A stretch of 64,000 nucleotides of DNA from Octopus sinensis (lineage: Eukaryota): positions 65,844,001-65,908,000 of the forward strand of contig NC_043005.1 in assembly GCF_006345805.1 (NCBI RefSeq), in the 5' to 3' direction. The notes beneath the pieces are model-generated. The model had not been told where the DNA came from, searched no databases, and worked only from the letters and a program-made list of their open reading frames with translations. The stretch's first letter is position 1, and each line of letters opens with the position of its first letter. Below are positions 25,800-36,756 of the stretch, in pieces. The position numbers were made by a program, and so were the translations under genes.

Positions 25800-27990
25800 G
25801 TTATCTGTAGTTATTCTCTTTCTTGTTGATTATTGATTAGGGTAGCTAATCCCTATGTTGTACACACTTCTTCTTGTTTGTTCTCAACAACTATATCCTG
25901 TCAGTTATGTTTGCACTTGGTAAAAGTTTTGATGGGAAAGTTCTCCCAATATTTCATGTGTTGATGTTTATTTATGTTTGTATTCGAGAACAAGGATTCT
26001 CTATACCTATATCAGGAAGCTCATTTATTTTTTATGGCATGGTCTATTGTTTAAGTATCAACATAATATTGTATTAGGAGGTAGCAACTTGACGACATTC
26101 TTGGGGAAGTTATTGATCTGTCTTCCACAGAAATGCTAATGTAGTATGATCAACATTTTTGGTTGTATCTTGAGGTTTCAATAGCTTTGTAGACTTTGTT
26201 ATTCAACTGGTATTTTATAGTGGTTAAGGTGGTGAGCTGGCAGAAACGTTAGCACGCAGGGCGAAATGCTTAGCGGTATTTCGTCTGCCACTACGTTCTG
26301 AGTTCAAATTCCGCCAAGGTCGATTAAATAAGTACCAGTTATACACTAGGGTCGATGTAATTGACTTAATCCATTTGTCTGTCCTTGTTTGTCCCCTTGT
26401 GGGGAGTAAAGAAATAGGTATTTTATAATAGTCTCCTGCTCTTGGATTACAAACACATAGCCTTCACAGTGTGATGTGGCTGTTGCAAGTCCAAGAAAAG
26501 CTCTACTTCATGTCAGTCTTAGTATTATCCTTAAGTCTGTGGGAAACATACCCATGCATAGTCTTTTTTGGTATGCTGAGCATTACACATCCAGGTCTTC
26601 TTTGAGATATGTTAGTCCATCTGTTTTGGGGTTGTATGGGAGGTCATCAAGAAAAGAGAACTTCTTCAGGAGCTCACTGTCAACTGACTTGTAGGATATT
26701 GTTCCCTTTGCTTTTCAACACTTGGTCTGTGTATTTATTTTTGCTGCTGTTGTTTAGCAGATGCTGTCTGAGAGATACTATATGACATTTGAAAGCCGTC
26801 AGCACAGATTTCAGGCTTCTCCTGCCTTCATCTCTTCTTAGATAGAACCTGTCAATATCTATGTTTCTGTAGAAGTTTCCAGTTCATCTCTGAATCTAGC
26901 AGGTTTTAATGTCTATGGAGTGAATTTCAGTCACGTAGTTCAAATGTTGGAATCAGCATTGGTACAGTAAATGCATTGTGGAATATTGTCTTGTAAGTGG
27001 AGATTTCTCACTGCCAAGGTTTTTTAAGTCAGGCCACCCCATTTTTATTCACAGCACCTTCATACAATAAGTTTTTATAGAATTCTTTGTGTAGAACAGA
27101 AGATATAGAGAAACTATTGATGCACAGATTCTGGGTTTCAGGGACCGATTTTCTACAATTTCTCAAATACAATCTCTCCTTTTGGTTAAACTCCATTCCT
27201 ATATCAGCTGAAAAAGTTGCTATTAATTCCAGCTATTTTATGGCAGGCCAAACATTTTTAGCATCGATATTCAGGTGATCCACAAAGAAATTATGGGTCT
27301 AGAAGATACAGACCCTAGCATGTTGTCATTGAATTTAAGTGAAAGAAATGATAACCAAAATAAACAGAAGTACAGAAAGGTTATAAACCTTGGTATATTC
27401 CCTTCGAAATATTTATAACATTGGAGATGATTATTCCACTCTTAGTTGTGGGTTTGTTGCCTAGGTGTTTATGAACCTTTCAATGATAGGGACTAAGATA
27501 ATGACTTCAGCAGCCATGAGTAGGAAATATAGTCAAATGCTTTCCTATAATCAGGTCATATTGTCATAAAGTGTTTGCAGTGTTTTCTTACTTTGGACAG
27601 CATGGCTTTGTTTATCAAAAGGTTGTTCAGCACATTCTCACACTCACTTCTTTCTACTCGATCATCATTGCTTGGCTCATAACAATGCTTGAAGAATTTG
27701 CACATCTACGTATGTGCAGGCCTGGGCAAAGGTTTTTTGTAAAAGTCTGACTGTTGTCCATGCTTGCAAATTTCGTTTCTCCTTGCCACCAATGTTGTCC
27801 AAGGGCTACTGCTTTAGAGCCAATACAGCTTAGCACCAGTGATGTTAAAGGCATTGTGGTCAGAATGCAAGGACATGGAACAGATATCTCAAAGTATAGC
27901 AACCAGCATTCTAACAATCCTGCCAATCTGCTGAGCTGGGTTTGGTACTATATTAAAGAACGAAGAGCAGATTGACCTCAGTGAAACTTC
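25800..27990 (-). mobile_element. Decayed R4/Dong-like (REL-type) LINE, interrupted by a SINE at 26225-26420
   Basis: Minus remnants KGIYQG, THNFFVDH (FVDD-like), MHGYV...CEGYVFVIQEQE and VED..TSPRMSS (zinc-knuckle region). Confidence 0.65.
26225..26420 (+). mobile_element. tRNA-head SINE family A
   Basis: Head AAGGTGGTGAGCTGGCAGAAACGTTAGCACG...GTTCAAATTCC. Related copies lie at 33020-33232 (-), 53280-53500 (+) and 62110-62325 (-). Confidence 0.85.
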
Positions 27991-28169
27991 AACTTAGAAT
28001 TGGAACAAATGCCACAACGCATTCTAACCAACATTCTAATGACTCTGCTAATTCCCTCATCAGTACCTTAGCACAATCCTTAGTCATCATCATTTCCATA
28101 ATTATCATCATTACCACTGTCGTTATCAGTATTGTCATTCTCATCACTACCATCATCCTCACCATCACT

Positions 28170-28510
28170 GCTGCTGAGACCCCTTCAGTCATGACTGACC
28201 ATGGGATTGCACCTAGGAAGTTACCCTCCAAAGCATAAGTCCGGGCAAGGTTGTTTATGGAAGACCAGCAGTCGCCCATGCATACCGGCTTCCCCTCTCC
28301 ATGCCACCAGTGTTATCCAAGGGAAAGGCAAAGGCTGATACAGCTTGGCACCTGTGACGTTGCAACTCATTTCTACAGCTGAGTGAACTGGAGCAACGTG
28401 AAATAAAGTGTATTGCCCAAGAACACAACACGCAGCCCAGTCCGGGATTCGAACTCACAACCTCGCAATTGTAAGCTCAATGCTCTAACCACTGAACCAT
28501 GCGCCTTCAC
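28170..28510 (-). mobile_element. SINE with well-preserved tRNA-like head
   Basis: A box TGGTTCAGTGG and B box GTTCGAATCC, followed by a non-tRNA body. Confidence 0.8.
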
Positions 28511-28904
28511 TTCACCATCACCACCACTATCAATATATATATATATATGCAAAGTTTAGGTTAGTTAAAATATGTTTGTAACACATTTCAACTGCTAAAA
28601 GGCAAATTCACTGCACTTACCACAGAGAAAATTTTCTCTTATAGTAAAAATACCATTTCAGTGTTATATAAAATACTGTATCAGTGTTAAGTGTTATCAT
28701 CTGTTAGGATTCTCAGACATCGATGTTTCTATCTTCTAAGCTTTTATCAATGGGAAATACCTAAGAGCTGCACCTCTGAACTGATCTTATAAAGCTATAG
28801 CTTTATCTAAAATACAGTCAACAACATTGACTGATTTGTGCCAGTAGACTGCCAGCTCTTGGAGATTACCAAATCTCCAAGCAGTGTTTGGTATAAGCAA
28901 AGTT

Positions 28905-31740
28905 TATCATCATCATCGTTTAATGTCCGTTTTCCATGTTGGCATGGCTTGGATGGTTTGACTGGGGACTGGCAAGCCAGGAGGCTGTACCAGGCACCAA
29001 TCTGATCTGGCAAGGTTTCTATAGCTGGATGCCCTTCCTAATGCCAACCACTCCGAGAGTGTAGTGGGTGCTTTTTACGTTCCACTGGTACAGGAGTCAG
29101 TCAGGTGGCACTGGCATCAGCCACATTCAGATGGTGCTTATTTACATGCTACCAGCACAGGAGCCAGTTGGGGCGGGGTGGGGTAGGGGTACTGGCATCG
29201 ACCATGTTCGGATGGTGCTTTTGTGTGCAGCAATGACCTATGCATGAATGGTACTTATTGCATGCCACCTGCACGGGAGCCAGTCAGGTAGCACTAGCAT
29301 CGGCCACAACTACAATTTCCATTTTGATTTCACTTTGAGATTCTAATTGTGATTTTAATTTTGATATTTGATTTTACTTGACTCAATAGGTCTCCTCAAG
29401 CACGGCATGTTGCCTGACAATTCAAAGGTACTTTTTAAATGAGCTGCTTACGTGACACTGGTATAGGCTACAGTTGTGATTTCACTTTATTTGTCGGGTC
29501 TTCTCAATCGCAGCATATCTTCAGAGGTCTCAGCTTCTTATCATTGCCTCTGTGAGGCCCAATGTTCAAAGGTCATGCTTCACTATCTCATCTTGGGTCA
29601 CACTCTTCCACAGGTTTCTTCCGCTGTTAGGGAGTGACACTTTTCACAAAGCTCTCTTCATTCAAACACAACACATACCTCATCTCTCTTGCACACCACC
29701 TCAATGCTTCTTATGTCCAACATTTCTCTCAGGGTGCTTACACTCTGTCGTGTGTGTGCACTGACATTATATATCCAGTGCATAATACTAGCTTCATTTC
29801 TTTCTAGCCTACATATGTTCACAACAGTCATGCTCCATGTTTCACTGCCGTGTAGCATGGCAGTATGCACAAATGCATCATAAATTCTACCTTTCACTCC
29901 GAGTGAGAGGCCCTTTGTTACCAGCAGAGGTAGGAATTTTTTGCGGGCTATTCTTATTCTAGTGGCAACACTCTCAGCGCATCCACCCACACTACAGTCT
30001 TGGTCACCTAGGTAGCAGAAGCTATCAACTACCTCTAGTTTCTTCCCCTGGCATGTGATGGAATCTGTTTTCTGAGCATCTTTGGTGTTTGTTGCCCCTG
30101 TGCAAAAGCTATCATCCTGGTTAACCTTTCTTTGATGTTGCTGCACCTCTTATGTGTCCAAAGCTTACACTGGGTATATCTTATGAAGTTTCTACCTACA
30201 CCTCTTCTACAGATCGAGCAGGGCCATCTATCCGAAGGGATTTGTGATTTGTTCACCTTCCTACTTACTAGGACCTTGGTTTTTGCAACATTGACTCTAA
30301 GGCCCTTCGATTCTAAACCTTGCTTCTACACTTGAAATTTCTTCTCTAGTTCTGGTAGTGATTCAGCTATGAGAGCAAGGTCATCAGCATAGAGGAGCTC
30401 CCAGGGGCAGCCTGTCTTGAATTCCTCTGTTATTGCCTGGAGGAATATGGGGAATAAGAGGGAGATGAGGACTGATCCTTGGCGAACCCCTACTTCTACC
30501 TGGAATTCTTCACTCTACTCGTTGCCAACCCGTACCTTACTGACAGCATCCCCATACAACTCTTATTAACCACTCATCTATCTCAAGTTTCTGCATCGTC
30601 CACCAGATAAGGAATCAGAGGACCCTGTCAACGGCTTTCTCCAAGTCAACAAAAACCAAGTATAGGGGTTTATCTTTGGTTAGGTACTTCTCCTGCAGTT
30701 GCCTTACCAGAAAGATAGAATCAGTGGTGCTTCTACCTCGCACAAAACTGAACTGCATCTCACTTAAGCAGACTCTCTACCAAATTAGTTGGGCTATTAC
30801 CCTCTCCATGACCTTCATCACCAGATCCAGCAGTTTGCCACCCCTGTAGCTATTTATAACTAAAGCATCACCTTTACATTTGTAACAGTTGGCTATGGTG
30901 CTGCTACACCAGTCATTGGGAATGACTCCTTCATGAACTACCTGATTTACAATACGGGTGACAAGACTATAACCCACACCTCCAGATATTTTAAGCATCT
31001 CAGCAGTGATTCCTGATGGGCCGGTGGTTTCTCCTGACTTCATATCCTTAATTGCTTTATCTACCAGGGTGCTATCAATTCAGGTAGCTGGTCCCTGGAC
31101 TGGGTCAACCTTTGGCAGGCTCTCCTCCTCCCATTCATTCTCCACACTCAGCAACCTTTCATAATGGCATGCTCAGGCTTCTTTCTTTGCAGGATCATTA
31201 AAAGCAAGTGCAACATCATCCATGTGGACAAATTTCTCTCCTGTAACATCACAATATTCTCTAACACACTGTCTTCCAACCAGAAATACTTCAGTTCTTT
31301 GGTCCTCACAGCACTGAACATTGGCAAACTTCGTCTTTTCTGCTACTCCCTTGGCTATATATACCCGTCTCCCAGCCTCCCTTCTGGCTATCTGGTACAG
31401 TTCCCTGCTATCCCAACTCTTCCAGGTTTTCTAGTCCTGTTTCTTTGCTCTAATGCCTTTGTCTGCTGTATTATTCCACCACCACGTTACCCTAGGTCTG
31501 GAAGGGACTTTGCACCAACTGCAGATTTGGTCTGTGGTGCTCAGTAAGCTGTCACTAAGTAATTTCCAGTTACCCTCTATGTCACAAGTCTGTAGCTCCT
31601 CCTCCCACTCATCAAATTTTTCAATGAGAATGTCCCTAAATCTCTGACTGAGTGAAAGGTTCTTAAGCTTCCAAATCCTTCTTTTCTGGATTGGTCTGCT
31701 TCTTGGCATCCTTCTGGCCTCAAGTCTAAAGAAACAGGCC
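28905..31740 (-). mobile_element. Decayed 5'-truncated RTE LINE, same PHD-bearing family as 36757-39775
   Basis: Remnants GPSGITAEMLKISG, LLYADDL and WPCSICRRGVGRNFIRYTQCKLWTHKRC; 3' UTR and (GAT)n tail at 28905. Confidence 0.9.
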
Positions 31741-34700
31741 AGGAAAACCTGGGGTAGCAGGGAACTGTACCAGATAGCCAGAAATTAGGCTGAGAGACAG
31801 GTATATATAGCCAAGGGAGTAGAAGAAAAGAAGTTTGCCAATTTTCAGTCTATGCTGGGGTGTACATTCTCCACCAGGGAGTGTCTTTGTATTTAAGAGC
31901 AACCATGCATCCCACTGTCTGGTGAGAATAAAATTAATCTGGCTAGCAGAGTGACCTGATTAATAGGTTATCAGGTAGCTGTCTGGCTTCCTGAAGTTGG
32001 TGTTGCAGATTAATAGGCTGCTTGCAACACTGAACTCCAGTAGCCTAGTTCCCTCTTCGCTTCGGGAATGTTTGTAACATATTTCAACTGCTAAAAGGCA
32101 AATTGACTGCAGTTACCGTAGATAAAATTTTCATGTATGATAAAAAGGTGTAAAAACACTATATCTGTTCAATGTCATCATCTGTCAGGATTCCCAGCCA
32201 TTGATGAGGTGTTTCTACATCTTTTTACCATGAGAAAATTTTCAGAAACATGTTTTAACTAACCTAAACTTTGCTTATGCCTAAGCACTGCTTGGCTCTG
32301 ATATTCTGGTAATTTCCAAGACCTGACAGTCCACTGGCACAAATCAGTCTATGTTGTTGACTGTATTTTAGCTAAAGAGCTTTATGAGATCTATTCAGAG
32401 GTGTCACTCTTAGGTATGTAGCTTTCCAGCAGCAACCCTCACCATCCAGAGTTTGACAAGTCTTCAGCAACTTCATATAACTATCGTAATTGAGATTGAG
32501 TCCCTGTTCAAAGATGTCGGGTGAATTTTGGTGTGCAGTTAGCTGCAGTCAGGATGCCTGCTGTGTCTCTTCCTGCTAGCCACGACTTCATAGTCTCCAT
32601 TGCAGCTGTCCATGTCATGTCTTATAGCCATTACACTGTTCACAGAGCATTGGGCAGCAGTCATTCATAATGTGAGCATTAGTTCGAAACATCATGATAC
32701 AGGTAACTTTTTTCTAATATTCAGATGGCTTCCAGTCTGCCATATCAGCTAACTTATTCTTAACTACAGTTTTAATCTTTAAGCTCACCAATGCCACTTA
32801 CTGTTCACCAAAACATCAAACTGTTCCTGAAATAAGGAAACATAAAAAAATGTCAAATTTAACCCAAAATATTAAGGATTATCATCATCATCATCGTTTA
32901 ACGTCCGCTTTCCTTGCTAGCATGGGTTGGACGATTTGACTGAGGTCTGGCAAACCAGATGGTTGCACCAGACTGTCATCTGGTTTGCCAGGCCTCAGTC
33001 AAATCGTCCAACCCATGCTCTTTCTACTAAAGGCACAAGGTCTGAAATCTGGAAGAAAAGGACTAGTCGCTTACATTGACCCCAGTGTTTTACTGGTACT
33101 TAATTTATTAACCTGGAAAGGATGAAAGACAAAGCTGATCTCAGTGGAATTTGAACTCAGAATGTAGCAACAGGCAAAATACTGCTAAGCATTTCATCCA
33201 GTGGGCTAACGAACCTGCCAGCTTGCTGCCTTAGCCCAATACATTAATGATTTTTTTTCATCACACCTTTGAGAAAACAGAAAAGAACTGCTTTTGGAAG
33301 CATTACATTACTACCTTATTTGAAGTCTCAGATTTAGCAATTTAAATTCTGTTGCAATGTGTTAGCCTGTCATTTGTTTACAATTGATATGACAAGCTGC
33401 TTTTGCAGAAGTCATTGACCCCAGTGAATGAAAATCATTTGTTGATAATACAATAAAGAAAAATTTACGTCAGTATATTGCTGCTACTCAAAGCAACCAG
33501 TCATGCTGTCTTGTGATTACGCATAGGCTCAATATCTAAAATTTAGTAGATCTGATTCTAGCTCTTGCTACAATTTTATTCTGCCATATTCCAGTCAGAG
33601 CCTTTACATTGTTGCCAGACCTGGTCAGTGTCGTAACCCAATCACTCTATAAACTTTACCATTTTCAAAATAATAACTGGAAACTAAGTTTTAAGTTTTA
33701 AATATTTTCACAAAATACCCAAGGTGGCTAAAATGGTTTGATTATACTAACTTGATGGAAATCTTACAAATGTCTATCTGGCGTCATAGATCATTTGGAT
33801 TTTACAAGACATGCTTCTATGTATTCGTTTGACCTGCTAGAAATAGCAGCCAAATCACATCCTACCACCCTTGAAAAGATAGATATTAGATAATGTTGAA
33901 TAAAAAACAGGTGCTCAGGGCTGACTTGGGGAAAAACAATAACCCACTACCTACATAAAATATACATGATCGGAAACAATTTTATGGAAACGAGATTACA
34001 AGTCTATCTATCGTTACAAGTCATTTTCAATATATCCATCTGACCTCTAAATATTTATAAACAAATGCTAAGTCATAAAAACGTGTTACCAAATCATATC
34101 ACTTCCTGTTATTTACAAGTGGTGACAACTCTTACTGAAAAAACTAATATTGTACAAAGCGTGTATCAACAACCAAAACACTGAATAAAGACTAGCGGCA
34201 ACAAATGAATTTCATTACTAATACTGAAACTACATTTTCGGAAAATAAACCGTTATGTCAGCCTGGCATTACACATTTAACATTAGCCGGCGACGAATGG
34301 AGTCTTATTTAAGAATAACAAATATATTTACTTTCGAGACACCTTTCCTATAAGTTCGAACATGTCTATATGTAGATATAGATATTTCTATGCATGTACG
34401 CCTATTATCCAATATGTTAAGTAACAATTAACTCATGCTAATACAGGTAAGTTGGATTTCCAATGATTGAGAGCAGTAATTAAACTGTACCTCATGTATC
34501 TATATATAAAAAGCTGATTTATAAAGATAATTACCTGTTAGGATTTAGCAGACGCAGAGTAAAGTGAATATTTTGAGACTGAAAGTTTTTTTTATAAGAA
34601 GTAACATATACAAATTAGTATTATTTAATTTGTCTTTAGTCTTAAATTGCTTACAGACCATCAGCTGGTTTCCCGTTGATTGCAAGATGGCAGGTGCTTA

Positions 34701-35329
34701 ACTTTTATAATTTTATAATCCGCCGTTGTTTACATTAGTATGTCTTAAATAGAGAGAGAGTAGGATAATTCTCAATAAACAGAACTTTCTGCCGTCGTGT
34801 TCCTGAGAAACATTTAAGTGTCCAGGAGAGGCAGACAGATACCTTTCTTACACTACAAGGATACTGCCATATTGCGTCGGCAAGAAAATAAAATCGAATT
34901 TATTTTTGAGAAATAGCTGCAAATCTTACTAATTCCTCACTTAAAATGCAAGGAAGGAAGACACAAACCGAGCAACTTTAATTTTACATCGTAAAACATG
35001 ATCACGAAAATGCTTCAAATTTTCACGTGCTCTTCATCTCCGTTTCTTTGTTCACCAACTGTTGTTCAAGTAAAAAAATATGGATATGTTTTTAATGAAA
35101 GCCTTTCGCTCGATATTACTAAAAAAATCAACGATTCAAAGTTATCCGTCTTCACACAGACACTCACGCTCTGAGAATAATTCTAGAAACAGTCAACTTC
35201 TCTGATTTATATATATATATATATATAATATATATATTCTTTACTAATGAAACAAAAATCGAAACAGAAACAATAACAAAAATCGATGTTACTTGGTGAA
35301 ACGAAAAAGAAGTCAAAATTATTCTCAAA

Positions 35330-35404
35330 ATGCTGCAAACTACTTGGGTAGCCCTTCTTCTTGGTTTCTGGTCATCTCTTTATCTAATTGATGCATTTTT
35401 AAAG
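35330..35404 (+). CDS. MBTPS2: Site-2 protease exon 1, MLQTTWVALLLGFWSSLYLIDAFLK
   Basis: ATG...AAG|gtaccg, 25 codons, phase 0. Resembles vertebrate [25 protein letters not shown] and splices in frame to 54622. Confidence 0.85.
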
Positions 35405-35729
35405 GTACCGTATATAATTTTTTCTTTCCTCCGAATACATTCCATTAAACAGTTTTTATTGTACAGTTACAGCGTAATTACAAAAAATACCGAAACGAAG
35501 ATATGTTTATTATTTAGGTGCTGCTGATGTGTTTGTAAATATGGAAAGTGGGGGTTTTTGCTGACTCATATTCATTTACATTTCGTAATTAATGTATTTT
35601 TCAATGTTGTTTCCATTCAAATACTTTTTAAGTTACGTGTTTTCCCTTGGAGAAAATATTTTGTTTTCGTTTCAGTGTTTCATACATTCTCCATTTCGTC
35701 AAAATTACGCCGCATTTATCGTTTTTCCA

Positions 35730-35734
35730 TATAT

Positions 35735-35794
<60 letters not shown>

Positions 35795-36380
35795 TATATA
35801 TTATATGTATGTATCCATATATATATATATATTTATGTATGTATGTATATATATTTATGTATAAATATATATATTATGTATGTATGTATATATATTTATG
35901 TATAAATATATATATGTATGTATATATATTTATGTATGTATATATATTTATGTATGTATATATTTATGTATGTATATATTTATGTATCTATATATTTATG
36001 TATGTGTATATATTTATGTATGTATATATTTATGTATGTATATATTTATGTATATATATATATTTATGTATGTATATATTTATGTATCTATATATTTATG
36101 TATGTATATATATTTATGTATGTATATATTTATGTATGTATATATTTATGTATGTATATATTTATGTATGTATATATATTTATGTATGTATATATTTATG
36201 TATGTATATATATTTATGTATGTATATATTTATGTATGTATATATATTTATGTATATATATATATATTTATGTATATATATATATTTATGTATATATATT
36301 TATTTATATATATATATATGTGTGTATGTATATATGTATGTGTATGTATATACATACATACATATATACATATATATGTG
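35730..36380. repeat. (TA)-rich tract including a 16-18 bp minisatellite (TATATATTTATGTATG)
   Basis: Directly visible. Confidence 0.95.
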
Positions 36381-36381
36381 T

Positions 36382-36672
36382 ATATTATGTAAATAGAGGA
36401 ATTTATCTGAAATATAATATGTAACAATTATTCGGTTGCCATTATAAAAATCCGAGTTTCGGATGTTGGGGCGGAAAACTGCTCTGGTATCTCGTCAGTT
36501 ATTAAGACAAATAAAAATGCTATGATTTTCATAGCATTTTTGTTTGTCTTAATAACTGACGAGATGCCGGAGCAGTTTTCTGCCCCAACATCCGAAACTC
36601 GGATTTTTATAATGGCAACCGAATAATTGTCACATATTATATTTCAGATAAATTCCTCTATTTACATAATAT
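36382..36672. repeat. 291-bp near-perfect palindrome: two 144-bp arms and a 3-nt loop
   Basis: Arms 36382-36525 and 36529-36672 were compared base by base and differ at 5 positions, all transitions. Confidence 0.97.
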
Positions 36673-36756
36673 TGAGGTCTCATTCATTCTTTTGTTCTCA
36701 TACTATTACTACTAATATATATGTATCAACCCATGCTAGCATGGAAAGCGGACGTT

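Noticed and set aside
28420-28510. tRNA gene (also other A/B-box heads at 17350-17430, 26225-26310, 56155-56230)
   Set aside because: No complete cloverleaf acceptor stem; each runs into a repeated SINE body.
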